A stretch of DNA of 64,000 nt, taken from positions 131,006,001 to 131,070,000 of the forward strand of contig OZ024745.1 of the NCBI GenBank assembly GCA_964016885.1. Direction: 5' to 3'. The DNA comes from Eledone cirrhosa (taxonomy: Eukaryota). The number at the start of each line of letters is the position of its first letter. Position 1 is the stretch's first letter. Shown here one piece after another: positions 51,362-62,561 of the stretch. Both the position numbers and the translations under genes were made by a program. The notes below the pieces were generated by a model. The model searched no databases and was not told the DNA's origin. It worked only from the letters and a program-made list of their open reading frames with translations.

Positions 51362-54300
51362 TTTTTTTTTTTTTTTTTTTTTTTTTTTTGTTATTTATGT
51401 TAAATACGGGAGTTTTTGGTCGTATTGAACAGAACAAATCTTGCATTTTTGCTTTTTGTTAATCGCTTGTTAAACAATCATAACCTTCCAGCTAGCTACC
51501 CCACACCCCTCCCACCCGCCCCCACACACCACCATTCTTAATACGTGGACCAATCATAAGCCAGAGCCCCCCCCCCCCACGCATCACCATTATTATTATT
51601 ACGCGGACCAATCATAAGCCAGAGGCCTATACTATCGCTTGCCCGGTTGCCTTCGATATATGATGGATGGATGGATGGACTGCGGAATCCTGGAGAGTGG
51701 AAGGGAGAGAAAAATCTGGACGCTCAGCGAAAATGCCAAAGTTAAAGTCAAATTCACCTCGTGGATGAGAATGCGAGCACTCCTCTTTGTTTCGTCCGCG
51801 GATGGTTAACATAACCCCATCTCCCCCCGCCCCCCACCGCCCCCACCCTCCAAACGCAATCCAAAACTTCAGAGTTGGTACCATAAATGTAGGCACCCTA
51901 AAGGGTCGCGCTAACGAGGTTGTAGAAATGCTTGAACGTAAGGAGGTCGATGTATGTTGTATTCAAGAGACCAGGTGGAGGGGTGGGTCTGCTAGATTCA
52001 TTGAGGGTAAAAAACGATGTTATAAGCTTTTCTGGGTGGGAAACGACGATGGGCTGGGTGGAGTAGGAATCATGGTAGCAGAAAAGTGGGCAGATAAAAT
52101 AATAGACGTAAATAGAGTGAACGACAGAATAATTAAAATACGACTTGTCCTCAATAGAACTACGGTGACAGTAATATCTGCGTACGCACCCCAATCCGGA
52201 CTGCCCGGCACTATAAAAGACAGATTCTATGAGACACTGATGCTAACTACCTCCCAAATATCCGACACTGACTATATAATTATTGCAGGCGACCTAAATG
52301 GTCACGTTGGACAACATTGTGACGGCTACGACGAAATCCATGGAGGCTATGGGTTTGGTACTAGAAATGAGGAAGGCTCCAGAATCCTGGAATTCTGTGA
52401 TGCAAATAACCTAACTATCTGTAACACTAACTTCAAAAAACGTGACAATCACCTGATCACCTATAGATCCGGGGAACACACAAGCCAGGTAGATTATATC
52501 CTTACCAGAAGACGTGACAGAGTGTCTGTCGTAAACACTAAATCCCTCCCCCATGAAGAATGCACCTCCCAACATAGACTGATAATTAGCGACCTCATAG
52601 TCAGGACGAGACGTACTCGACAGCAGAAGAGGACTATCCTCAGGAGAAAAATATGGAAGCTAAAGGACCCCACAGCCAGAAATAAATTTCAAAGCATATT
52701 ACTTGATGCTTTCGACAGTAAGGAAGAACATTTACAGTCGGACAATATAGAGGGACAGTGGGAATTTCTGAAAGCAAACCTGCTGATGGCGACAGACGAA
52801 GTCTGTGGCTGGAGCAGGCCTGTAGGCAGGAGGAGAGTAACATGGTGGTGGAACAGTAAAGTGGAGGGGTCAATTAAGGCCAAAAAGCAGGCTTGGAAAG
52901 TATGGCGGGATGGGGGAAGTAGAGAAGACTATCAAGTGGCCAGAAGGGAAGCTAGGAGACAAGTGTACTTAGCAAGAAGGGAAGCAGAGGAAAGAAAGTT
53001 CAAGCATGTTCTACAACGCGAGGACCAAAAACGTGAGGTGTTCAGGATTGCTAGGCAATGTGTCAAGGAAAACAGTGATATTGTCGGGGAGAAGTGTGTC
53101 CTTAATGATGATGGTGTACTTGCCATCACCGACGCTGATAAGAAGGTAGCTTGGAAGTGTCACTATGAAAGGCTACTAAATGAGGAGAATAAATGGGAGA
53201 AAGACAGTCTCCCCCATATCGACCCAATAGAGGGACCAGCAGTGTTAGTCGAGGGGAGTATAATAAGTAAGGCAATCAAGGATATGAAGACGGGTAAGGC
53301 GGCTGGGCCTTCGGAAATAGTTGCTGAGATGCTGAAGGCATCTGGCACGGTGGGACACACCATGGTTACCCGCATAGTTAACCAAGTCGTACAGAATGGG
53401 GTTGTTCCGAAGGACTGGCATAGCAGCATCATCGTTAACTGTTATAAGGGTAAAGGAGACGCCCTAGATAGGAGTAACTATAGAGGCATTAAATTAATCG
53501 ACCAGGTCATGAAGGTCACGGAAAAAGTAATAGCGCAACTAATCAGAGAGAGAATTGACCTAGATGAAATGCAGTTCGGGTTTGTGTCAGGCAAAAGTAC
53601 CACAGACGCTCTTTTCATAGTACGACAACTACAGGAGAAGTACCTAGCTAAAGGTAAACCCCTCTACTTAGCTTTTGTCGACTTGGAGAAAGCCTTCGAC
53701 AGAGTCCCCCGCTCCATTATCTGGTGGGCTCTTAGAAAACTAGGCGTTGACGAATGGCTTGTGAGGGCTATACAAGCCATGTATAAAGAAACAGTCAGCA
53801 AGGTTAGAATTAACAACGAATATAGTGAAGAGTTTAGCGTAAAAGTTGGCGTCCATCAGGGCTCTGTTCTCAGCCCCCTACTATTTATTATTGCCCTTCA
53901 GGCTATAACAGAGGAGTTCAAGACCGGCTGCCCATGGGAACTCCTATACGCAGACGACCTGACACTCATAGCGGAATCAATGGCCGAGCTAGAGAAGAAA
54001 TTCCAAACATGGAAGCACGGCCTAGAGTCAAAAGGACTTAAAATTAACCTGGCTAAGACTAAAGTTCTAGTTTGTAGGAAAGAAAACAAGGCGGCGGTCC
54101 CTTCTGGGAAATGGTCGTGCTCGGTGTGTAGGAAAGGCGTAGGTAGAAACTCCATTTTATGTCCTAAATGCAAAGTATGGGTGCATAAAAGATGTAGTGG
54201 GATCACAGGTAAGCTAACTAAGAACATAGATTTTACATGTGGCCGGTGTTCTGGTGCAATAAGTAGCAGCAAGTGCCCACAAAATACTAGCTCTTTCAAT

Positions 54301-55268
54301 TGCGCAGAGGGTTCTATAGAAATAGTGGACAGCTTCCGTTACCTGGGCGATAAAATCAGCAGTGGGGGAGGGTGCTCTGAAAGTACAGTAGCTAGAGTCA
54401 GAACTGGTTGGAAAAAGTTCAGAGAGCTTATACCACTATTAGCTGCTAAAGGGTTCTCCCTAAAAATGAAAGGCAGGTTGTACGATGCCTGCATACGAAC
54501 AGCAATGTTGCATGGCAGTGAGACCTGGGCATTGTGTGCAGAGGATATACACAGACTAGAGAGGAACGAAGCTTGCATGCTCCGCTGGATGTGTAACAGT
54601 AATATACGTGAACGGCAAAGCATAAACGAACTAAGGAAAAAATTAGAGATAAGAGGGATCAGATGTTGTTTACTCGAGAGAAGGCTACATTGGTACGGTC
54701 ACGTGATGCGCATGAAAGTCGATAGCTGTATAACAAAGTGCAGGGCAATAAAGATAGACGGTAGCCACGGAATAGGCAGACCTAGAAAAACCTGGGACAA
54801 GCTGATAAACTCCGACCTCACACACTTACACCTCTCCAAGACAATGTCACTGGACCGAGACCTTTGGCGGTACTCAGTAACAGAGAAGACCCGCCTTGCC
54901 AGTAGGCATCTCTAACAAAATACACCTCGTCCCGCCACCACCCCCACCCCATCCACACCACCCCATTCTATGTAAAGTTATGTTGGTGCCGCGCCATCCA
55001 GGCCGAAACAAATGAGATCGTGTGGTGTCACGACAAAAAAACACACAGTCCACGCTGTAATGTGGCCGTGTAGGCAACACGGTAAAAACCTCCCAGACCC
55101 ACACTGTAAATGTGGTTGGTGTTAGGAAGGGCATCCAACTGTAGAAAACCTGCCAGACAGTCCTATGCGAGCAAGACAATCACTCTTGCCTCAAGTGGGA
55201 CTACCCCCGTCCAAACCCATGCAAGCGTGGAACACGGACGTTAAACGTTGATGATGATGATGATGATA
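51362..55268 (+). mobile_element. Apparently full-length RTE-clade LINE, antisense in the B4GALT7 intron
   Basis: Poly-T 5' end, ~400 nt 5' UTR, single intact ORF, ~330 nt 3' UTR ending in a (GAT)n tail. ATATTGCCTAT on both sides is a possible TSD. Confidence 0.93.
51787..54915 (+). CDS. RTE LINE polyprotein: APE endonuclease + reverse transcriptase with internal PHD finger
   Basis: Uninterrupted 1042 codons, first ATG at 51802. EN motifs IQETRW, GDLNGHVG, VDYIL, SQHRL. RT motifs FVDLEKAFDRV, GVHQGSVLSPLLF, YADD (53947-53958), FRYLG. RTE C-terminus HGSETW...WYGHVMRM...GRPRKTW. Confidence 0.96.
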   Translation: MFRPRMVNITPSPPAPHRPHPPNAIQNFRVGTINVGTLKGRANEVVEMLERKEVDVCCIQETRWRGGSARFIEGKKRCYKLFWVGNDDGLGGVGIMVAEKWADKIIDVNRVNDRIIKIRLVLNRTTVTVISAYAPQSGLPGTIKDRFYETLMLTTSQISDTDYIIIAGDLNGHVGQHCDGYDEIHGGYGFGTRNEEGSRILEFCDANNLTICNTNFKKRDNHLITYRSGEHTSQVDYILTRRRDRVSVVNTKSLPHEECTSQHRLIISDLIVRTRRTRQQKRTILRRKIWKLKDPTARNKFQSILLDAFDSKEEHLQSDNIEGQWEFLKANLLMATDEVCGWSRPVGRRRVTWWWNSKVEGSIKAKKQAWKVWRDGGSREDYQVARREARRQVYLARREAEERKFKHVLQREDQKREVFRIARQCVKENSDIVGEKCVLNDDGVLAITDADKKVAWKCHYERLLNEENKWEKDSLPHIDPIEGPAVLVEGSIISKAIKDMKTGKAAGPSEIVAEMLKASGTVGHTMVTRIVNQVVQNGVVPKDWHSSIIVNCYKGKGDALDRSNYRGIKLIDQVMKVTEKVIAQLIRERIDLDEMQFGFVSGKSTTDALFIVRQLQEKYLAKGKPLYLAFVDLEKAFDRVPRSIIWWALRKLGVDEWLVRAIQAMYKETVSKVRINNEYSEEFSVKVGVHQGSVLSPLLFIIALQAITEEFKTGCPWELLYADDLTLIAESMAELEKKFQTWKHGLESKGLKINLAKTKVLVCRKENKAAVPSGKWSCSVCRKGVGRNSILCPKCKVWVHKRCSGITGKLTKNIDFTCGRCSGAISSSKCPQNTSSFNCAEGSIEIVDSFRYLGDKISSGGGCSESTVARVRTGWKKFRELIPLLAAKGFSLKMKGRLYDACIRTAMLHGSETWALCAEDIHRLERNEACMLRWMCNSNIRERQSINELRKKLEIRGIRCCLLERRLHWYGHVMRMKVDSCITKCRAIKIDGSHGIGRPRKTWDKLINSDLTHLHLSKTMSLDRDLWRYSVTEKTRLASRHL

Positions 55269-55374
55269 TTGCCTATATATATATATATATTGCCTATATA
55301 TATACATATTGCCTATATATATATATACATATTGCCTATATATACATATTGCCTATATATATATACATATTGCC

Positions 55375-55407
<33 letters not shown>

Positions 55408-55639
55408 TGCCTATATATATATATATATATTGCCTATATACATATATATTGCTTATATACATATATACTGCCTATATACATATATATTGCCTATATATAT
55501 ATATATATATATCATTTCATTTTTTTCATTTCATTTTACGTCCGCTTTTTCCCTGCTTGCATATATATATATATATTGCCTATATATATATATATATAGC
55601 CTATATATATATATATTGCCTATATATAGATATATATTG

Positions 55640-55675
<36 letters not shown>

Positions 55676-55874
55676 CAATATATATATATGTATATATAGG
55701 CAATATATATATATATATATAGGCAATATATATATATATGTATATATAGGCAATATATATATATATATATATATATAGGCAATATATATGTATCAGAGCC
55801 TTGGGATATATGTCCCAAGGCTCTGATACCATCAACACTATAAACACAGAGCTGGCATATCTAAGAACTGACTG

Positions 55875-55930
55875 ACTGCCTGATGAGGTCATAGCCATTC
55901 AATGGCTATCATCGAAATATATATAGCAGT
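55875..55930 (+). ncRNA. Type I hammerhead ribozyme candidate
   Basis: Stem I ACTGC/GCAGT, CTGATGA 55880-55886, stem II ATAGCCATT/AATGGCTAT, GAAA-TATATA-TA, then AATAAA. Confidence 0.75.
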
Positions 55931-55971
55931 AAATAAAGGATTATGAGTTCATGCAATTGACTTATGTTTCG

Positions 55972-56043
<72 letters not shown>

Positions 56044-56854
56044 TATACCACAAAAACGATTATACCACTCGCACACAGATACTTCAACAGAAATACATAT
56101 CGCAAAGGGAAATAATTCTTCCAGTAAATTTTCAAATTTACTGGCCCTGACTATTGGTATCGTATTTATTATATATGCATAGTCCTGTAATTCCTGATGA
56201 AGTGGTGGGTGCACCATATTGATATACGATCTTTCAAGGACATCTTTAACCATGGCGGAGCCCTTCTCCCCCTCTCCAGGTCTGAGCACAGCAGATTTCT
56301 TCCAGGGAAGGGTTGAGAGTGAGATAATGGAAGTGAGATATATAGAGGAAAAGTCGACCCCACCACTAGACGTACTTTTTTTTATCGACCTTGAAAGAAT
56401 GAAAGGCAAAGTTGACCTTGGTGGGATTTAAACCCAGAGAGCAGAGAGCCGGATTAAATACTGTAAGGTATTCTATCTGACCTTCTAATAACTCTGCCAA
56501 TTCACTGCCTGGTCTACATAGTAGTATCAAATTAAAGTAACCAGCCCACACGGTAAAGTGATATACAGGAAGAATCAACCCCAGTACTTGACTGGTACTT
56601 TATTTATCTACACAAATGGATGAAAGACAAAGTTGACCTCGGTTGTAATTATTAACTTAGTGTTAAAATCCAAGTGACAGACAAATGGAAGCAAGCGATG
56701 ATGAACCGAATTACACAAGCAAACCTAAAAGTAACTACACATAAGACAGATAAATGAATAGAGAGATTTGACAAACACTGAAGAGGAAGTATCCATGAAT
56801 TGTATGTAAGATATGTAATTACAACAAATTATCAATTACAAGACATTGCTTTAA

Positions 56855-57069
56855 CCCTTTAACATTTACATTACTCTATGTTTACTATTGTATTTTCATG
56901 GTAAAGGCTTTATTTCACATAATATCTCACATAATATCTATGAGATTTTAATATTATTTATTTTGAGAACGATACCTTAACATAAGTATGAGCAGCCGGT
57001 TACAGCCAGTTGGAACGGAAAAAGGTGAGAGAATTCTGGCCGGATACACCCGGTTTAAATGCTAAAGGG
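56855..57069. mobile_element. piggyBac-derived MITE (relatives at 32409-32737, 38532-38726, 46976-47183; an end at ~63971)
   Basis: TTAA-CCCTTTA...TAAAGGG-TTAA with shared internal sequence (GGTAAAGGCTTTA, GAGAATTCTGGC). Confidence 0.8.
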
Positions 57070-58058
57070 TTAAATTTAAATTGATTATTTTTATGATATA
57101 GCAATTACAGATGAAGTCACTTAGCACCGTTAACTTGCAACATCTTCTTACGAGCAGCACAACTGACATACTTAGTCTCTTACTGCCCAGGCTTCCAACA
57201 CTTACTATTATATATAATTGTTTCTACTTTTGGCACAAGGCCAGCAATTATCTCCAGTGCATTACTGGTACTTTATTATATCAACCCCGTAAGGATGAAA
57301 GGCAAAGTTAACCTTGGCAGGATTTGAACTTAAAACGTAAAGGGCCATAACTTTATGCTACAAAGCATGGTGTCTGATGTTCTACCGATATTGCCAATCC
57401 ACCACCCTTACTACTACATATAATTGTTTCTACTTTTGGCACAAGGCCAACAATTACCCCAGTACATTACTGGTACTTTATTTTATCAACCCCGTAAGGA
57501 TGAAAGGCAAAGTTAACCTCGGTGGGATTTGAACTCAGAACGTAAAGGGCCATAACTCTATTCTGCAAAGCACGGTGTCTGACGCTCTACCGATACTGCC
57601 AATCCACCGCCCTTACTGCTATATATAATACTTCTTCATCAGAGTCAATCCTCTGGGGTTCTCTTTCCACTCACATCTTCCCTACATATGACAACTTACG
57701 GAATATCAATCTTAAATATCAATCGCATTAATTTCACTTTCACCAGATTGATTGGACATTCAAAAGTCATGGTCACTTTCCTTTCCACTTTGAACAAAAA
57801 AGTTACATACAACACTATGGGATGGTTACAAATGGAATCCCTGTTTAATATGGGCTGACCCGGGGCTAAACAACAACCAAAACAAATATATTTGATGAAC
57901 TATAAAACTATGAATACTGCTTAATATTTAATTAATACACTTGCTACTTTGCTGATTAACCAAGCTAAAATAAAGTGAAATAGACTAAAATATTTTTCAG
58001 AAAGCAATAAGCAAAATATTTATTTCAAAAAATTAAACTTACAAAAAATTAAACTTAC

Positions 58059-58142
58059 ATTTAACCCAGCTTTTCTCATTCTAACGTAGAACTCATCATC
58101 TTCCTGTCCCCAACCCCAATATCTGTTGGACAAACCATGTGT
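58059..58142 (-). CDS. B4GALT7: B4GALT7 coding exon 3
   Basis: 84 nt, CATAG acceptor and GTAAGT donor. Encodes [28 protein letters not shown], containing the catalytic WGWGxEDDE motif. Not in the ORF track. Confidence 0.96.
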
Positions 58143-59037
58143 CTATGGTGAAATAAAATAATAGAAAACAGAATGATGGTTAGCTCACAAGCAACTAACA
58201 TAAATGGCAAGCATGACATTCAAACACAATAAATAACTGCATACAAGTCGAGACATTTTAAACCTAAAAAGGTTCTTCAAAATACAACTGCCTACAAGTT
58301 GAAACATTTTAAACCTAAAAAGTTCTTCAAAATATAACTCAACTTATAATCAAGTCAGTGGTAAAGAAGAGATAAAAGTCTGCAAGAGTGATATTAAATG
58401 TCTACCAACAATGGTAGCATTTGATTATGTTCTAATAGTATTAAAAACTAGACACATATTCTGAAATACAAGAACAGTAACAATGTTATATAACGACAAC
58501 ATTTTTATGGCCTTAATCAATTTCTATGACAAAGAATTTTAGTAAATTACAAGTAATGCCAATATTGAGAATCAATGGATTTATTCTTAATAAAGAAAAA
58601 TATAATTTTTTTTAATCTGAGAAATCAATTATGAATTAAGATCAATTACTAATTAAAGTCAATCAGTTTTGCTAGTTATACATAAGATGATGGCTAGAAA
58701 AATTACACCCAAACATAGCGAAATGCTCTTGCATTAATTTTTGCTAGCTGGGAAAAAGCAAGGTTAGATAATGATAGTGGTGGTGATGATAGACTATTTT
58801 ACTGATTACATTCAAAGTTAAAAAAGAAACTAATGATAATGAGGGATGTAAAAAAAAATAATAACTTGGCTTTCTTGAATTAACAAAATGAATAAATTTC
58901 GTTTTAATGTGTAAATTTTTGCAGAGTTGTATTATTTGTGGTTTGGTCTATTAGCTTATAAACCAGACACAGGCCAGTTTGGCTTTCTGAATGTCACACC
59001 TAATTTCAAAATTGCCTTGAATTTTTTTAGTAGAGCC

Positions 59038-59192
59038 TTACGATGATCCACATCCTATGCGGCCCACCTTCCGATGATCCACATCCTATGCGGCCCACCT
59101 TCCGATGATCCACATCCTATGCGGCCCGCCTTACGATGATCCACATCCTATGCGGCCTACCTTATGATGAGCCACATCCTATGCGGCCCACT
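59038..59192. repeat. 31-bp tandem repeat x5
   Basis: Unit CGATGATCCACATCCTATGCGGCCCACCTTC at 59041, 59072, 59103, 59134 and 59165. Confidence 0.9.
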
Positions 59193-59766
59193 GATCGAAT
59201 AAATTTGCCCATCCTTGTTATAAACCGTTTTGTAATTACATAAATGGGTTAATGGTTTGGCATATATAAAAAGCTATCAACCAGGGAGATAACTCTTCAA
59301 AGTTAATATCTTAAAGTAGTTTCCCTTGGATTAAGGTACTAACGTTCACATAGACTATTATTTTACTTTTAAAATATATTTGTAAAATGTCTATTTTTTT
59401 TTAAATATAAGAGAATAGAGAACATTGCAAACCAAAGACTGTTGCAGAGTTGTTCCATGTTCAAGTATAAGTAGTCGTCTGTTTTTATTCCTTTATTCCA
59501 TTTACCATTCAGTCTATGGGAACGGCTATTGACAGTATGTGTATGTGTGTGTAAATATATGGAGTGGGGGTGTAAATATATGGGGTGGGGGTAAATATAT
59601 GGGGTGGGTGGGGTTTAAATATATGTGAGAGCAGGAAATACAAATATCCAAACTACAATAAACTGTATCACATGTGAAAGTGCATCTACCCCAGGAGGAG
59701 GTGGATGGGAAAGAAGCAGCAGCAGTAGTAGTAGAAAAAGGAATAAAAGAAGAAACCAATTCTTAC

Positions 59767-59992
59767 CTTCTGAAAGTCCTCAAAAGTCAGTAGAAGTATA
59801 CCTCCGACAAACTTTGGATAATGGTAAAGTGGGTGCAGATGTGGTGCAGCAACATGAAACGGTCCTTTAGATGGATAGGCGTAACTGAGGTTTGGGTTCA
59901 AGGGTAAAAGGTCAACATCGTGCATAGCCAAATAGTCACACTCACTCTTTGATTCTAAATAACCCACATTGATGAGGGAGGCACGGTTGAAC
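59767..59992 (-). CDS. B4GALT7: B4GALT7 coding exon 2
   Basis: Acceptor TTTAG at 59993-59994. Encodes [15 protein letters not shown]...MHDVDLLP (DXD motif)...[26 protein letters not shown]. Donor AAG|GTAAGA; phase matches both neighbours. Confidence 0.96.
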
Positions 59993-60049
59993 CTAAATAG
60001 ATGGAATACATATTTACAGACTGATAATATGAAAACAAGGTAGGTACTA

Positions 60050-60243
60050 ATAATGGTTTCTACTTTTGGCACCAGGCCAGCAATTATCCCAGTGTATTAC
60101 TGGTACTTTATTTTATCAACCCCGTAAGGATGAAAGGCAAAGTTAACCTCGGCGGGATTTGAACTCAGATCATAAAGGGAGGTAACTCTATGCTTCAAAG
60201 CATGGCGCCCGACCCTCTACCAATACTGCCAATCCACCGCCCT
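60050..60243 (-). mobile_element. tRNA-derived SINE family A, representative copy (>15 copies, e.g. 10240-10430, 13811-14003, 14286-14470, 33245-33553, 34287-34506, 39017-39620, 43373-43551, 57214-57613)
   Basis: GGCGGTGGATTGGCAG head, GAGTTCAAATCCC B box, central GCCTTTCATCCTTACGGGGTCGATAAAATAAAGTACCAG (resembles the MetaSINE central domain, from memory), and an AAACAATTATT tail. Confidence 0.85.
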
Positions 60244-60453
60244 AGGTAGGTACTAATAATTGTTTCTACTTTAGGCACAAGGCCAGCAATTACCCAGTGC
60301 ATTACTGGTACTTTATTTTATCGACCCCGTAAGGATGAAAGGCAAAGTCAACCTCTTCTTTTCAGTTTATATTTACATCTAAAAAAAATTTTTTCATTTC
60401 CACCTCTGCCCTTTTCCTCAATCTTTCTTCTACTTCTTTAATTTCTCATTCTA

Positions 60454-60490
60454 TTTTCTGATGAAGGACTAGCGTCCGAAACATTAAGAC
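60454..60490 (+). ncRNA. Hammerhead ribozyme candidate (weak stems I/III)
   Basis: CTGATGA-A-GGAC(TAGC)GTCC-GAAA-CAT-TA. Confidence 0.5.
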
Positions 60491-60973
60491 TCTTTTCTGT
60501 CTATATCAAGCGTAAAGCTAATAATATATTTCTTCATTGTACTGTGTCATCTACTTTCTATTTGCATACATATATATTTCATTTCATTTCATTTCATTTC
60601 ATTTTTTACGTCCGCTTTTCCCTGCTTGCAAGGGTGGGACGGGAACTGATTCTGGCTTGATTTCTACAGCTGGATGCCCTTCCTAACACCAACCTCATTT
60701 ACAGTGATTGCTGGGTGCTGTTTTTCCGTGGCACCTCCACGACCACTTTGCATGGAATGATAGGGACTGGGGTCCCTATCATCTCATTTCTACAGCTGAG
60801 TAAACTGGAGCAATGTGAAATAAAGTGTCTTGCTCAAGGAAACAACACATCACCCGGTCTGAGAATTGAACTCACAACCTTTCAATTGCAAGGCCAATGC
60901 TCTAACCACTAAGCCATGTGCCTCCATATATATATATATATGGAGGCACATGGCTTAGTGGTTAGAGCAATAG

Positions 60974-61055
<82 letters not shown>

Positions 61056-61239
61056 ATATAATAGTTTCCATTTGTTAATATCGTATGTTTACTCCAAATA
61101 CTTGTTGAGTGCTTTATATCAGTTATAAAAATATTTGCTTGTTGTATCCCAACAATTTAAATAGAACTTTTGCATATATATATACATATATACACATATA
61201 TTTACTTATATACATACACATATACACATACATATATTT

Positions 61240-61965
61240 ATGTCGTAGTTTTTCCATGCTTACATGGGTTGGACAGGTCCTTCTCAGTACCACATCTTTC
61301 CACTCAATGCATTTCTTCATCATCTCTGTGATTTTCAGTAATTTGAGGTCACCTCTCACCACCTCTGCCCAGGTCTTTCTCAGTCTACCTCTAATAAGAT
61401 ATCCTTCCACTGGTATTTTCTGGCTCTTCTTCACCCATCGATCAGCATCCATGCACATCACATGTCCAAACTAATGCAGTCTTCTCTCCTACACATCACC
61501 TTGCATTCCACTTAAACCCAGCTTCTCCCTTAGTTCATCTAAGCTCTGCCTTTCTCTCACACTTACATATCACATCCAACGAAGCATGGTTGCTTCATTT
61601 TTCTCCAGTCTATGCATGTCTTCTGCAATCACTGCCCATGTTTCACTACCATGCAGTATCACACTTCCCACATCCAACAAAGCATGGCTGCTTCATTTCT
61701 CTCCAGTATACGCATGTCTTCTGCAATCACTGCCCATGTTTCACTACCATGCAGTATCACACTTCCCACATCCAACAAAGCATGGCTGCTTCATTTCTCT
61801 CCACTCTATGCATGTCTTCTGCAATCACTGCCCATGTTTCACTACCATGCAGTATCACACTTCCCACATCCAACAAAGCATGGCTGCTTCATTTCTCTCC
61901 AGTCTATGCATGTCTTCTGCAATCACTGCCCATGTTTCACTACCATGCAGTATCACACTTCACAT
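61240..61965 (-). mobile_element. RTE 3' fragment with an internal 98-bp tandem x4
   Basis: Minus strand encodes GRLRKTWAEVVRGDL. 98-bp units at 61573, 61671, 61769 and 61867 cover the HGSETW...RLERNEA region. Confidence 0.85.
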
Positions 61966-62097
61966 GAGCCATGAAGTTAGTTGAAGAAGAAGAAGAAGAA
62001 GAAGAAGGAAGCATTTAGGAACATTGAAGTAAGCAAATGGAGAACCTTGAAAAAGAACAGAAAACTGTGGAAAAAAAACCACATACATAAGTCTTAC

Positions 62098-62426
62098 CTG
62101 AAATTATCTACCTGGTTAATAACAAATATCTGATGATTGACTTTCTTTAAGTTCAGGTAGCGGCCCATATGCGGTACAAAGTCCAATAATTCTTCAAACC
62201 GGTTCCGGAATGGCACAATGATGGCCAGTTTATGATAAATAGTTTGCTTGGTAGAATTTGTAATGGTATTTCTGTTCTCATTTGTGGTTGAATAACACTG
62301 ACAGTTGAGGCGACCATCCTGGAGAGGGCTAAGGCCTAAGTAAAAGGAGATTCCCAGTGTCACAATGATGCAGATTAAACAAAATTTCAAAATGGAATTC
62401 CGTCTTAATTTTCCTACACATAACAT
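62098..62426 (-). CDS. B4GALT7: B4GALT7 coding exon 1 (cytoplasmic tail, TM anchor, start of GT7 domain)
   Basis: ATG at 62426 with an in-frame TAG two codons upstream. Encodes TM segment [21 protein letters not shown] and [23 protein letters not shown]...INQVDNFR, typical of GT7/B4GALT7. Donor AG|GTAAGA at 62097 (phase 2). Probable acceptor TTCAG upstream, so the exon likely starts at 62495. Confidence 0.93.
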
Positions 62427-62561
62427 TGGCTAAGATTGGCAAAGTTCTTTTTCCTACTCTTGCTGGGCTGGTGTACATCTACATTAAGCAGCAATCTGAA
62501 ATATCATTAAAATATACATGTATAAATAAATATAAGTTAAATAAATAAATAGAAGAATATA

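Noticed and set aside
56190-56240. CTGATGA followed by a GTGGTG/CACCAT hairpin
   Set aside because: No GAAA or stem I partner; at best a heavily decayed hammerhead.
59164-59194. C/D-box-like ATGATGA...CTGA
   Set aside because: Too short, antisense to the host gene, and part of a 31-bp tandem repeat.
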